A stretch of 64,000 nt of DNA from Gammaproteobacteria bacterium (GTDB taxonomy: Bacteria; Pseudomonadota; Gammaproteobacteria; WFUO01): assembly GCA_015484945.1 (NCBI GenBank), contig WFUO01000061.1:3510-67509 (forward strand), given 5' to 3'. The position numbers were made by a program, and so were the translations under genes. Shown here in pieces: positions 27,776-38,425 of the stretch. Every line of letters begins with the position of its first letter. The first letter of the stretch is position 1. The notes below the pieces were generated by a model. The model searched no databases, was not told where the DNA came from, and saw nothing but the letters and a program-made list of their open reading frames with translations.

Positions 27776-29447
27776 CAAACTCAAGGTTGTGCTGTGCTGG
27801 CACATGCATCAACCGCATTATTACGACTGCGGCAGCGACCACTACATGCTGCCATGGACCTACCTGCATGCGCTCAAGGACTACACCGACATGGCCGCGC
27901 ACCTCGAAGCCGTGCCGCAGGCGCGCGTGGTGGTCAATTTCGCGCCCGTATTGCTGGAGCAACTGGACGATTACGCGCGTCAGATACGCCGTTTTCTCGA
28001 TCATGGTGACGTGATCCGCGACCCACTGTTGTCGGCACTGGCATCACCGGTGCTGCCCCATGAGCAGGAGGCGCGCATTGCGCTGGTCAAGGCCTGCCGG
28101 CGTTTCAATCACCAGCGTTACCTGGAAAGGTTTCCGGCCATGGGCCGGCTCATGCGCATGGCCGACTGGTTGTTGGAGCACCCGGACGCCGGTATCTATA
28201 TCAACAACCAGTTTCTGGCCGATCTGCTGGTGAGTTATCACTTGATCTGGCTGGGTGAGTCGGTGTTACGTGGTAACGAGAAGATACGAACATTGATCGA
28301 CAAGCAACATGGCTACACGCTGCATGACCGGCGTCTGTTGCTGGAAGTGTTCAGCGAGCTGCTCGATGGGATCGTGCCGCGTTATCGTGCGTTGGCCGAA
28401 TCGGGGCAGATCGAACTGTCCATGTCGCCCTGGGCACATCCCATCGTACCGTTGCTGATCGACCTGGCGTCTGCGCGTGAGGCCATGCCCGATGTCGTGC
28501 TGCCGCATGTGAGCGGCTATCCAGATGGACTGGAACGGGCGCGCTGGCATATGGACAAGGGTTTGCAGGTCTTTCAGAGCCATTTCGGTTTCCGCCCTGT
28601 CGGTTGCTGGCCTTCCGAGGGGGGGGTCAGTACCGGCGCGATGAAGGTTTTTGCCGAGGCCGGTTTCGGTTGGGTCGCCAGCGGTGGCAGCGTATTGCAC
28701 AACAGCCTGCAGCAGGGTGGCCAGACGGGCATGTGGCCACACCAGGCCTTTACCATCGATGGCGGACCGTCGATCTTCTTTCGTGACGACGGTCTGTCGG
28801 ATCTGATCGGCTTTACCTATCACGACTGGCACGCGGAAGACGCGGTCGCCAACCTGCTCGGGCATCTCGAGACCATTCGCAAGGAGGCGCCGGAGGATAT
28901 CGTGCCGGTGGTGGCCATCATTCTCGATGGCGAGAACGCCTGGGAGCACTATCCCGAAAATGGCTTCCATTTTCTGCGCGGTCTCTACCAGCAGCTATCC
29001 AGCCACCCATCACTGGAGATGACTACCTTTGCCGACTGCCTGGCTGTCGGCGCCAGTCCGCAGCGTCTCGAACGGCTGGTTGCGGGCAGCTGGGTCTATG
29101 GCACATTCTCGACCTGGATCGGTGATCCCGACAAGAACCGTGCATGGGAGATGTTGGTCGATGCCCGTCACAGTTACCTCCAGGCCATGTCCGCGGACCG
29201 GCTCGATATCCACGCCCGCGAACTGGCTGAACGGCAACTGGGCATCTGTGAGGGTTCCGACTGGTTTTGGTGGTTTGGTGACTACAATCCTGCTGCCACG
29301 GTGAGTGATTTCGACCGCCTGTACCGTCTCCAGCTTGCGGCCTTGTACCAGATGCTTGGTGTCGAGCCACCGGAGTATCTGGCGCATGTATTTGCTCATG
29401 GCAGTGGAGAGCCGCAACTCGGTGGTGTCATGCGACGTGGAAGCTGA
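27765..29447 (+). CDS. Glycoside hydrolase family 57 protein
   Basis: The GH57 conserved regions are visible: [34 protein letters not shown] (nucleophile Glu) and [11 protein letters not shown] (acid/base Asp). 11 nt overlap with glgC. Confidence 0.85.
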   Translation: MSADKLKVVLCWHMHQPHYYDCGSDHYMLPWTYLHALKDYTDMAAHLEAVPQARVVVNFAPVLLEQLDDYARQIRRFLDHGDVIRDPLLSALASPVLPHEQEARIALVKACRRFNHQRYLERFPAMGRLMRMADWLLEHPDAGIYINNQFLADLLVSYHLIWLGESVLRGNEKIRTLIDKQHGYTLHDRRLLLEVFSELLDGIVPRYRALAESGQIELSMSPWAHPIVPLLIDLASAREAMPDVVLPHVSGYPDGLERARWHMDKGLQVFQSHFGFRPVGCWPSEGGVSTGAMKVFAEAGFGWVASGGSVLHNSLQQGGQTGMWPHQAFTIDGGPSIFFRDDGLSDLIGFTYHDWHAEDAVANLLGHLETIRKEAPEDIVPVVAIILDGENAWEHYPENGFHFLRGLYQQLSSHPSLEMTTFADCLAVGASPQRLERLVAGSWVYGTFSTWIGDPDKNRAWEMLVDARHSYLQAMSADRLDIHARELAERQLGICEGSDWFWWFGDYNPAATVSDFDRLYRLQLAALYQMLGVEPPEYLAHVFAHGSGEPQLGGVMRRGS

Positions 29448-30903
29448 GCCTGTAAACGGTGCAAGGGACAGACAGGCCGGGGTGCTGCTGCATCCGACAT
29501 CACTGCCGGGCAGCGCCATGCAGGGCACCCTGGGCGAGCATGCGCATCGTTTCGTCGATCTGATGAGTGATGCCGGTGTGCAACTGTGGCAGATGCTGCC
29601 GCTGGGGCCGGTGCACGAGGATCTGTCTCCCTACATGAGCGTTTCGGCGCATGCCGGGAATCCCCTGCTGATTGATATCGCGTGGCTGCAGCGGCATGGC
29701 TGGCTGGGTCCGGTGGACAGGGCAGGGAGTCATCATGCCCATATCCAGCACGTGCGCGACGCATTCGACGGTTTTCAGAGCCGTGCCGATCCCGCCGATC
29801 ACGGCGACTACCAGGATTTCGTCGCGCGACATGCCGGCTGGCTGGAAGACTATGCCCTGTATCTGGCCCTGCGCGAGCATTTCGAGCACCGAGCCTGGAC
29901 AGACTGGCCGCAGCCGTTACGCGACCGTGAGCCGGCGGCACTGGCGCAGGCACGCAGCCAACTGGCGGATGCCGTGGCACGTATCCGTTTCGAGCAGTAC
30001 GTGTTCTACCGCCAGTGGCATGAGCTGCGCGCGCACGCCACTGCGCGCGGCATGCGGCTGATTGGCGACATGCCCCTCTTCGTCGCTCACGACAGCGCCG
30101 ATGTCTGGGTGCACCGGCGTAATTTCCTGCTCGATGCGCAGGGCAGACCCATGGTCGTGGCTGGCGTGCCGCCGGATTGTTTTTCTGAGACTGGCCAGCG
30201 CTGGGGCAATCCGCATTTCGACTGGGATTACATGCAGGCGGACGGTTTTCGCTGGTGGACCGATCGTGTACGCAGCAACATGGAACTGTTCGATATCGTG
30301 CGGGTGGATCATTTTCGCGGCTTCGTGGCGGTCTGGCAGATCCCGGCCGACAGCGAAACCGCCGTGGACGGACAGTGGGTCGAGGTACCGGGCGAATCCT
30401 TGTTCGATCACCTGTTGCGCGAATTCGGCCGCCTGCCCTTCATTGCCGAGGATCTGGGCATCATCACGAGCGAGGTCGTCGCGCTGCGTGAGCGTTATCA
30501 TCTGCCGGGCATGAAGATATTGCAGTTCGCCTTCGACGGTGACGAGAACAACCCCTATCTGCCGCAACACCATGAGCGAAACTGTGTGGTCTATACCGGC
30601 ACGCACGACAACGACACGACCCTGGGATGGTATCGCTCGCTCGACGAGCGGGTTCGCGCCAATGTGTTGCGCCATATCGGCAGTGACGCCGACATGCCCT
30701 GGCCGCTCATCGACATGGCCATGCAATCACCGGCGGAGATGGCGGTCGTACCGATGCAGGATGTGCTTGGGCTGGGCAGCGAGGCGCGCATGAATATTCC
30801 GGGGCGGACCACCGGCAACTGGCGCTGGCGTTTCGACTGGTCACTGGTTGGTAATGAACAGATCGCGCGCCTGGCACGCAGTATCGACGAGGCCGGACGT
30901 TAG
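29398..30903 (+). CDS. malQ: 4-alpha-glucanotransferase (amylomaltase)
   Basis: GVLLHPTSLPG, RVDHFRGF, IAEDLG, TGTHDNDT. The start is uncertain: ATG 29398 or GTG 29437. Both overlap the GH57 3' end. Confidence 0.9.
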   Translation: MAVESRNSVVSCDVEAEPVNGARDRQAGVLLHPTSLPGSAMQGTLGEHAHRFVDLMSDAGVQLWQMLPLGPVHEDLSPYMSVSAHAGNPLLIDIAWLQRHGWLGPVDRAGSHHAHIQHVRDAFDGFQSRADPADHGDYQDFVARHAGWLEDYALYLALREHFEHRAWTDWPQPLRDREPAALAQARSQLADAVARIRFEQYVFYRQWHELRAHATARGMRLIGDMPLFVAHDSADVWVHRRNFLLDAQGRPMVVAGVPPDCFSETGQRWGNPHFDWDYMQADGFRWWTDRVRSNMELFDIVRVDHFRGFVAVWQIPADSETAVDGQWVEVPGESLFDHLLREFGRLPFIAEDLGIITSEVVALRERYHLPGMKILQFAFDGDENNPYLPQHHERNCVVYTGTHDNDTTLGWYRSLDERVRANVLRHIGSDADMPWPLIDMAMQSPAEMAVVPMQDVLGLGSEARMNIPGRTTGNWRWRFDWSLVGNEQIARLARSIDEAGR

Positions 30904-31086
30904 CAGACTGTCGGGCTCAGGAAGAATCTACTGCGCAGATGGGAACACGGTGCAAATCTTCCCGCTTTCTCATTGCGGTGTGCCCGCTATGCGCCTTGGA
31001 ACCGGATAGATTTGTCCTCGCTTCCTCCATGTTCGTGACGATCCCCTAAACCCGACAGGCTGCCAGTCCGAACCCGACTATGACCC

Positions 31087-33636
31087 TCAGACCCAGATCA
31101 TGTGTCCGGTCTCGAATGGATGGGCCAGCAGGCGGTGCCACGGATACATGCGGATACGGTAGATCAGCAGTCCGGCGTGGTTGGGCCTCATGTCGAGATG
31201 AAAGCGGGTCTCGTCACCCTCAGTTCCCTGTGCCTCCAGCATGAAGGTCTCGAGCAATTCCAGTTCATTGTTGGCATGTTCACGATACACCAGGCATTCG
31301 ACCCGTACGTCGTCGGCTTGCAGCTCACCCAGGCGGGCGCAGGCGCTGATGGGCAGGCTCTGTCCGGTGATCACGGACTCTGGCGCTCCTTCGCAGCGGC
31401 GTATCGTGACAGCCGGCCAGGCCTGGTCGATACGTTTCTTCCATGCCGCGAGTTCGCGCGCGCCGGCGGCTTGTCCGGCGCCCAACAGCGCGGCGTGGCG
31501 ATTGGCCTTGCTGTAGAATTTTTCGATGTAGTCCTTGACCATGCGGGTGGCGTTGAAGCGTGGAATACAGGTGCGCATCGAGGCCTTGGAGATCTTTACC
31601 CAGCCTTGTGGATAACCGCGCCCGTCACGTTCGTAATAGAGAGGTATGACCTGACTTTCGAGCAAGTCGATGAGGTCGCGCGCCTCTTCGGCGTTGCGGT
31701 AGTCGGGATCGAACTCGTCACCATGCGGGTTGATTCCCCAGCCGTTGTCTCCGGTGAAGCCTTCACCCCACCAGCCATCCAGCACGCTGAGGTTGATCAC
31801 GCCGTTGATGCCGGCCTTCTGCCCCGAGGTGCCGCTGGCCTCGAGCGGATAGGCGGGCGTGTTGAGCCATACATCCACACCCGATACCAGCTTGCGCGCC
31901 AGGGCCATGTCATAGCCCTCGAGCAGGATGACGTGGCCCTCGAATTCCGGGTCGCGGGAGTAGTCGTGGATGGTCTTGATCAGCTGCTGTCCGGGCAGGT
32001 CGTTAGGGTGCGCCTTGCCGGCAAAGATCACCACGACCGGACGTTCTGGATCCTTCAGCAGACGTTTGAGGCGTTCGGGATCGGAGAACAGCAGGGTGGC
32101 GCGTTTGTAGGTGGCAAAGCGGCGCGCAAAGCCGATCAGCAAGGTATCTGTCTCGGCCGGGTTCATGTGTGCGGTGATGCGCGCGATTTGCGCCTCGCTG
32201 CAACCGTTGCGGCGGTGCTGGATCTTCAGGCGGCGTTCAAGGTCGGCCAGCAGGTCTGACTTGAGCGACTGGCGCAGGCTCCAGTAACGATGGTCGGGAA
32301 TATCATCGACACAGTCCCAGAAACGCTCGTCGTTCATTTCGTTGCGCCATTCCCGGTAACGCATGTCGAACAGGTTGATCCATTCCTTGGCCAAAAAGGT
32401 GGGAACGTGGACACCGTTGGTGATATAGCCGATCGGGTTTTCCTCGTGAGGCACTTCGGGCCAGATGTAGCCTTCCATCCTCGAGGACACACCGCCATGG
32501 ATGCGGCTGACACCGTTGTGATAACGCGAGCAGCGCAGCGCCAGTGCGGTCATGTTGAAACCGCCCTGGTTGTTGGGGCTGGATCCGAGCGTCATGAATC
32601 GATCCATGTCGATGCCCAGCCCGTGCACGTAGTCGGCCAGGTATTCTTCGATCAGGCTTCGATCGAAAATGTCGTGACCGGCTGGTACCGGTGTGTGGGT
32701 CGTGAATACGGTATTGCCTGCCACCAGCTCCATGGCGCTGTCGAAGTCCAGGCCGTCACTCACGTGCCGTCGGATACGTTCCAGCGCCTGGAAGGCCGCA
32801 TGACCCTCATTGACGTGCCAGACCGTGGGTGAGCGCCCCAGTTGTTCGAGCACACGCACGCCACCGATGCCCAGCAGGATCTCCTGCTGTATGCGGGTGT
32901 GGTTGTCGCCGCCGTACAGCTGATAGGTGATGGCCCGGTCGTGTTCGCTGTTCTCCGGCAGGTCGGTATCCAGTAGATAGACTTCGATGCGCCCGGCCCT
33001 GGCAAGCCAGATACGTGCCTGGACTTCGTGGTCGGCGACCGGGACTGACACCCGCCGTTCCGTTCCATCGTCGTTGCGCAACAAGGTCAGGGGCAGGTCA
33101 TTGAAGCGCGTGGTCATGTAGTGGGCGATCTGGTTGCCCATGCTGTCGATGGTCTGGGTGAAGTAACCCTGGCGGTAGAGCAGGCCAATGGCGACGAACG
33201 GGATGCCAAGATCGCTGGCGGCCTTGCAGTGATCGCCGGCCAGGATGCCAAGTCCGCCGGAATAGATGGGCAGGCTCTCGTGGAAACCGAATTCGGCGCA
33301 GAAGTAGGCGATCAGGTCCCGATCCGGTGTCAGGCCCTCGATGTCGTGGCGCATGCCCTGACTGCGGTAATTGTCGTAAACGAACAGAACCTTCTGGTAG
33401 TCCTCCATGTAGATCTGGTCTTCGAGGGCGTCTTCAAGGTGTTTCTGCGATACCTGGCGCAGAAACACGCGAGGGTTGTGGCCACAGGCTTCCCACAGTT
33501 GCGGATCGAGACGAAAGAACAGGCCACGCACGTTACGGTCCCAGCTGTAGAGCAGGTCATTGGCCAGCTCGTTGAGTCGCTTGAGCGGTTCGGGGATTTC
33601 GGGACGAACCTCGAATCGGAAATAGCTGCCTGTCAT
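31087..33636 (-). CDS. glgP: Alpha-glucan family phosphorylase
   Basis: 849 aa with PLP-lysine region EASGTSGQKAGINGV and the N-terminal MTGSYFRFEVRPEIPEPLKRLNELANDLLYSWD typical of this phosphorylase subfamily. Confidence 0.9.
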   Translation of the reverse strand: MTGSYFRFEVRPEIPEPLKRLNELANDLLYSWDRNVRGLFFRLDPQLWEACGHNPRVFLRQVSQKHLEDALEDQIYMEDYQKVLFVYDNYRSQGMRHDIEGLTPDRDLIAYFCAEFGFHESLPIYSGGLGILAGDHCKAASDLGIPFVAIGLLYRQGYFTQTIDSMGNQIAHYMTTRFNDLPLTLLRNDDGTERRVSVPVADHEVQARIWLARAGRIEVYLLDTDLPENSEHDRAITYQLYGGDNHTRIQQEILLGIGGVRVLEQLGRSPTVWHVNEGHAAFQALERIRRHVSDGLDFDSAMELVAGNTVFTTHTPVPAGHDIFDRSLIEEYLADYVHGLGIDMDRFMTLGSSPNNQGGFNMTALALRCSRYHNGVSRIHGGVSSRMEGYIWPEVPHEENPIGYITNGVHVPTFLAKEWINLFDMRYREWRNEMNDERFWDCVDDIPDHRYWSLRQSLKSDLLADLERRLKIQHRRNGCSEAQIARITAHMNPAETDTLLIGFARRFATYKRATLLFSDPERLKRLLKDPERPVVVIFAGKAHPNDLPGQQLIKTIHDYSRDPEFEGHVILLEGYDMALARKLVSGVDVWLNTPAYPLEASGTSGQKAGINGVINLSVLDGWWGEGFTGDNGWGINPHGDEFDPDYRNAEEARDLIDLLESQVIPLYYERDGRGYPQGWVKISKASMRTCIPRFNATRMVKDYIEKFYSKANRHAALLGAGQAAGARELAAWKKRIDQAWPAVTIRRCEGAPESVITGQSLPISACARLGELQADDVRVECLVYREHANNELELLETFMLEAQGTEGDETRFHLDMRPNHAGLLIYRIRMYPWHRLLAHPFETGHMIWV

Positions 33637-33764
33637 TCTGCGATACCTGCGTGGATGTGTGTGGGAAATGCCAGGCCATTGGCCAATCTTCCATGGCTGG
33701 CCTTCCCGGTGCCGGGAGGACCCGGTTCCTGATTACAATATATCCTCATCAGGAGAAAAAACAA

Positions 33765-34838
33765 TCAGGAACGGGTGGTGGATATTTGTGCCAATGCCCA
33801 GTGGACATGCTCGCGCACCAATGCCGAAGGGTGATCGGCACGTGCACGCAGGGCTTGTTCGATTGTGGCCGACCAGGGTGCGTTGCCGAGCGCAACAGCC
33901 AGGTTGCGCAGCCAGCGTTCGTGTCCGATTCGGCGGATCGGGCTGCCCTCGGTGCGTTGCAGAAAGGTCGCTTCGTCCCAGTTGAACAGTGTAACCAGGG
34001 CGCTGTCGTCCAGGCCGTGGCGGGGCAGGAAACCGGTTTCGTTGGTGATACCGGCGAAGCGGTTCCATGGACAGGCCAGTTGGCAATCGTCGCAGCCATA
34101 GATACGGTTGCCCATGGCCGCGCGCAATTCGACCGGGATGGCGCCCCGGCATTCGATGGTCAGGTAGGAGATGCAGCGCCGGGCATCGACCACGCCGTCG
34201 GCGACAATGGCGCCGGTGGGGCATATGTCGATACAGGCGCGGCAGGTGCCGCAATGCGCCGCGGCCGGACCGTCGGCCGGCAGGGGCAGGTCGGTGTAGA
34301 TCTCACCCAGAAAGAACCACGAGCCGGCCTGTTCGTTGATCAGCAACGCGTTTTTGCCGATCCAGCCAAGACCGGCCAGTTCGGCGATATGCCGTTCCAT
34401 GACCGGGGCGCTGTCCACGAACACGCGATAGCCGAACGGCCCGATGCGTTGAGTGATGGCGTCCGCCAGCCGCTGCAGGCGCCGGCGCATGAGCTTGTGA
34501 TAGTCGCGCCCGAGCGCGTAGCGCGAGATGAAGGCGCGGTCGGCCTTTTGCAGCTGCGCCTCGATGCGATGCATGGGCTCGGGCAGGTAGTCCATGCGCA
34601 CACTGATGATAGAGCAGGTGCCCGGTACCAGTTCTGCCGGCCGGGTGCGCTTGCTGCCGTGACGCGCCATCCAGTCCATGTCGCCGTGATAACCGGCCGC
34701 CAGCCATTCACGCAGGTGGCGTTCGGCCTTGTCCAACTGTACATGACTGATGCCCAGTTGCTGGAAACCCAGTGCAAGCGCCTGTTCCTGCAGCCACTGG
34801 CGCAGTTGCCGGATGTCGGTATCAGTATCAGTGTGCAT
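33765..34838 (-). CDS. queG: Epoxyqueuosine reductase
   Basis: Fe-S motifs CGTCRACIDICPTGAI and CDDCQLACPWN. Divergent from nnr as in E. coli (yjeS/yjeF). Start trimmed to ATG 34838. Confidence 0.9.
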   Translation of the reverse strand: MHTDTDTDIRQLRQWLQEQALALGFQQLGISHVQLDKAERHLREWLAAGYHGDMDWMARHGSKRTRPAELVPGTCSIISVRMDYLPEPMHRIEAQLQKADRAFISRYALGRDYHKLMRRRLQRLADAITQRIGPFGYRVFVDSAPVMERHIAELAGLGWIGKNALLINEQAGSWFFLGEIYTDLPLPADGPAAAHCGTCRACIDICPTGAIVADGVVDARRCISYLTIECRGAIPVELRAAMGNRIYGCDDCQLACPWNRFAGITNETGFLPRHGLDDSALVTLFNWDEATFLQRTEGSPIRRIGHERWLRNLAVALGNAPWSATIEQALRARADHPSALVREHVHWALAQISTTRS

Positions 34839-34996
34839 GGGCTGAGTGTACCTGTGCGCCAGTGGCCGGGGAACCCGCGCTGCCGGCGCACGCATACACA
34901 GTGGTGGCCGTTGAGTTCATCATGGCGCATTGTGGGTCGATAGCAGACCTTGCCATGCTTGACCGTTTGCAAGTGCCGGCAGGATACTGTTCTCCC

Positions 34997-36490
34997 ATGA
35001 GCCACGATGAATTGCCACTTCCCGTCTATCGTGCCGAGCAGGTGCGCGAGTTCGACCGTCGTCTGATCGAGGATCATGGCATTGCCGGTTATACCCTCAT
35101 GCAGCGAGCCGCCGCGGCCTGCGAGCGATTGATCGGGCGTGACTGGCCGGCGGCGGAAAGGATCGTTATCGCCTGCGGCGCGGGCAACAACGGCGGTGAC
35201 GGCTATGTGCTGGCGCGTCTGCTGAGCAAAGCGGGGCGCCGGGTGCAGGTGATCAGTCCTGCTGATCCGGCACGCCTGCGCGGTGACGCGCGTCGGGCCT
35301 TCGACGACTGGCAGGCGGCTGGCGGCAGCCTGATATCGGCTGCGGACATCGACTGGCGGGACGTGGACCTGATCGTCGATGCCCTGCTTGGCACCGGTCT
35401 CGATCGACCGGTCGAGGGGGCCTGGCGGGACCTGATCGTGGCCATCGATGCGGCCCGGGCGCCGGTGCTGGCGGTCGATATCCCCTCCGGTCTCGACAGC
35501 GATACCGGCGCGGTACATGGCATCGCCGTCCACGCCGATGCGACCATGAGTTTCATCGGTCTCAAGGCCGGGCTGTTCACCGCGCACGGACCGGCCTGCA
35601 GTGGCCGGGTGTGTTTCGACAGTCTCGGTGCCAGCGAGGAGGTGTTCGCCGGCATCCGGCCGCAGGCGTGCCGGATTACGCTGGACGATATCTTGCCGCG
35701 TCGCCCGGCGGATGCGCACAAGGGAGACTGCGGCCATGTGCTGGTGGTCGGTGGTAATCACGGTATGAGCGGTGCTGCGCGGCTGGCGGCCGAGGCCGCG
35801 TTGCGTTGCGGCGCGGGACTGGTCAGCGTGGCCACACGGACTGCGCATGCCCCGCTGGTGAGTGTTACGCGGCCCGAGATCATGAGTCATGGGGTGGAGC
35901 CGGCCGCCCGGCTGGCGCCATTGCTGCGACGTGCCAGCATGGTCGCCATTGGTCCCGGACTGGGTCGGGATGACTGGGCCCGGGCGATGCTGGGTTGCGT
36001 GATCGAGACCGGGCTGCCGTTGGTCGTGGATGCCGATGCGCTCAATCTGCTGGCTGACGATCCCATGCGGCGTGACAACTGGGTGCTCACGCCACATCCC
36101 GGCGAGGCCGCGCGCCTGCTGGACAGTGACAGCACGGCGATCCAGGATGATCGCTTCGCAGCCGCGGAGGCCATCCGCGAAGCCTTTGGCGGCGTGTGCG
36201 TGCTCAAGGGCGCAGGCACCCTGATCGCCGACGGTGAGGCACCGCCGGGCTTGTGCGATCGTGGCAATCCGGGCATGGCCAGTGCTGGCATGGGCGATGT
36301 CCTGACCGGTGTGATCGCGTCACTGGCTGCCCAGGGCTTGTCTCTGGGGCAGGCCGCCCGGCGTGGGGTATGGTTGCATGCCACGGCCGCCGACCGGGCC
36401 AGCGCAGCCGGTATGCGGGGCCTGCTGGCCAGCGACCTGATGCCCGAGTTGCGCCAGCTCGTCGATGATGCCGGTTCGGGTGAGGCATGA
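34997..36490 (+). CDS. nnr: Bifunctional NAD(P)H-hydrate repair enzyme (epimerase/dehydratase)
   Basis: Internal ATG 34997 of track ORF 34772..36490. YjeF_N (GAGNNGGDG) plus a carbohydrate-kinase C-terminal half (GPGLG, GMGDVL). Confidence 0.9.
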   Translation: MSHDELPLPVYRAEQVREFDRRLIEDHGIAGYTLMQRAAAACERLIGRDWPAAERIVIACGAGNNGGDGYVLARLLSKAGRRVQVISPADPARLRGDARRAFDDWQAAGGSLISAADIDWRDVDLIVDALLGTGLDRPVEGAWRDLIVAIDAARAPVLAVDIPSGLDSDTGAVHGIAVHADATMSFIGLKAGLFTAHGPACSGRVCFDSLGASEEVFAGIRPQACRITLDDILPRRPADAHKGDCGHVLVVGGNHGMSGAARLAAEAALRCGAGLVSVATRTAHAPLVSVTRPEIMSHGVEPAARLAPLLRRASMVAIGPGLGRDDWARAMLGCVIETGLPLVVDADALNLLADDPMRRDNWVLTPHPGEAARLLDSDSTAIQDDRFAAAEAIREAFGGVCVLKGAGTLIADGEAPPGLCDRGNPGMASAGMGDVLTGVIASLAAQGLSLGQAARRGVWLHATAADRASAAGMRGLLASDLMPELRQLVDDAGSGEA

Positions 36491-36960
36491 ACGGCAAGGA
36501 CAAACATCTGACATTGGCCGATGAACAGGCCACACGCCGGCTCGGCGAGGCGCTGGCGGCGGCCATCGAGGATGGCCTGCAGGTGCATCTGGAGGGTGAA
36601 ATGGGCACCGGCAAGACCTGCCTCGTGCGCGCCCTGATCCAGGCGCTGGGACATGCCGGCCCGGTGCGCAGTCCGACCTACACGCTGGTCGAGCCCTATC
36701 ATGCCGGGGCGCGTGATATCTGGCATCTGGATCTCTATCGTTTGACTGACCCCGAGGAACTCGCGTTTCTGGGGGTTCGTGACCTGAGCGATCCCCGCGC
36801 CATCGTGTTGGTCGAATGGCCCCGGCGTGGTACGGGCATGCTGCCACCGGCTGATCTGGAGATCGAACTTTTATATAGAACAGATGGCCGCGAGGCGCGC
36901 CTGCGCAGCAAAAGCCCGCGTGGTGAGCCAGTTTTGAGGCAACTTGCGACACATTTCTAG
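36487..36960 (+). CDS. tsaE: tRNA t6A37 biosynthesis ATPase TsaE
   Basis: 157 aa with LEGEMGTGKT, SPTYTLV and HLDLYRL. ATGA overlap with nnr. Confidence 0.9.
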   Translation: MNGKDKHLTLADEQATRRLGEALAAAIEDGLQVHLEGEMGTGKTCLVRALIQALGHAGPVRSPTYTLVEPYHAGARDIWHLDLYRLTDPEELAFLGVRDLSDPRAIVLVEWPRRGTGMLPPADLEIELLYRTDGREARLRSKSPRGEPVLRQLATHF

Positions 36961-37045
36961 ATTATGATGTAACAAAACTCTATATCTTTCGGATTCTATA
37001 GACATTTCCTGTTTTTTGTGCAAGACTCGGGAGACAAGGCCAAGC

Positions 37046-38374
37046 ATGGAATCCGTCTCCATGAGAAAAACAGGCAAGATCATACTGTTCCTGATCCTGG
37101 GTGGGTGGCTGCTTGTCTCGGCGCCGGCGCGTGGTGTGGATATCGAGGGCGCGCGATTGTGGGCCGCGCCCGACAACACCCGCCTGGTATTTGATATCAG
37201 CGGGCCGGTTGACCACACCCTGTTCTCGCTCAGAAACCCCGACCGCATCGTCATCGATCTGGCCAATGCCCGCCTGCGCCAGCGTCTGACGGCACTGGAC
37301 CTGCGCAAGGGTCTGATTCGGCGCATCCGTACGGGTGTCCGCAGCGGCAGGAATCTGCGCGTGGTGCTGGACCTCAAAACAGCCGTCCGGCCCAAGAGCT
37401 TCGTGCTCAAGCCCAGCGGCAACTACGGTTACCGGCTGGTCATCGACCTGCATGACCGGCGTGTGGTCAAGCGCCGGCGCTACCGTCCGCGGCAACGCAA
37501 CAACAAGGGCAACCGCCCCCTGGTGATTGCCATCGATGCCGGACATGGGGGCGAGGATCCCGGGGCGACCGGTCACGGCGGTATCAGGGAGAAACATGTG
37601 GTGCTTTCCATCGCCCGGCGCCTGGCGCGTTTGATCAATGCGACACCGGGCATGAAGGCGGTGCTGATTCGTGACGGCGACTATTACATCGCGTTGCGCG
37701 ACCGGATCACGTTGGCGCGCCAGGCGCGCGCCGACATGTTCATCTCCATCCATGCCGATGCGTTTCACGATCCGCGCGCCCGGGGCGCGTCGGTGTACGT
37801 GCTGTCGCAGCGCGGTGCGAGCAGCGAGACCGCGCGCTGGCTGGCCGAGAAGGAGAATGCCTCGGATCACATCGGTGGCGTGAGCCTGTCCGACAAGAGT
37901 CAGCTGCTGACCACCGTATTGCTGGATCTGTCCATGACCGGCACCATCGAGGCCAGCCTGGAACTGGGCAAGGACGTGCTCGGTCAGCTCAGGCGGGTGG
38001 GCCGGGTGCACAAGCGGCGTGTCAACCAGGCCGGTTTTGCGGTGCTCAAGTCACCCGACATCCCGTCCATTCTGGTCGAGACCGCGTTCATCTCCAACCC
38101 ATATGAGGCGCGCAAGCTGCGCAGTCCTCGGCATCAGCAGCGCCTGGCGGCATCCATCATGCGCGGCATCCGTCTCTATTTCGCACGCAATCCGGTGCCC
38201 GGAACGCTGCGCGCACGGCTCGACCGCCGTCATCGCATCAGCCGCGGCGAAACATTGAGCAGCATCGCGCGCCGCTACCAGGTCAGCGCCCGGCGTATCC
38301 GTCAGGTCAATCGTCTGCGCGGGAACCGTCTGCGGGTCGGTCAGGTATTGAAGATTCCGCCATCCGACAGCTGA
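37046..38374 (+). CDS. amiB: N-acetylmuramoyl-L-alanine amidase (AMIN + Amidase_3 + LysM)
   Basis: Signal peptide. AMIN-type N-terminus (RLVFDISGPVDHTLFSLRNPDRIVIDL). Amidase_3 motifs IDAGHGGEDPGA, SIHADA, LVETAFISNP. C-terminal LysM (RGETLSSIARRYQVS...GQVLKIP). Lies between tsaE and mutL as E. coli amiB does. An amiC assignment is equally possible. Confidence 0.9.
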   Translation: MESVSMRKTGKIILFLILGGWLLVSAPARGVDIEGARLWAAPDNTRLVFDISGPVDHTLFSLRNPDRIVIDLANARLRQRLTALDLRKGLIRRIRTGVRSGRNLRVVLDLKTAVRPKSFVLKPSGNYGYRLVIDLHDRRVVKRRRYRPRQRNNKGNRPLVIAIDAGHGGEDPGATGHGGIREKHVVLSIARRLARLINATPGMKAVLIRDGDYYIALRDRITLARQARADMFISIHADAFHDPRARGASVYVLSQRGASSETARWLAEKENASDHIGGVSLSDKSQLLTTVLLDLSMTGTIEASLELGKDVLGQLRRVGRVHKRRVNQAGFAVLKSPDIPSILVETAFISNPYEARKLRSPRHQQRLAASIMRGIRLYFARNPVPGTLRARLDRRHRISRGETLSSIARRYQVSARRIRQVNRLRGNRLRVGQVLKIPPSDS

Positions 38375-38425
38375 CCCGGCCTGTCAGACACGGCCAGCAC
38401 TTGGACATGCCCGGGGAAAAAGATG

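Noticed and set aside
30904-31086. Spacer between convergent malQ and glgP, with the distant 8 bp inverted repeat ctgtcggg/cccgacag and the direct repeat aacccgac x2.
   Set aside because: The repeats are short and widely separated, and chance occurrence is likely in 183 nt. No terminator-like hairpin or ORF could be supported.
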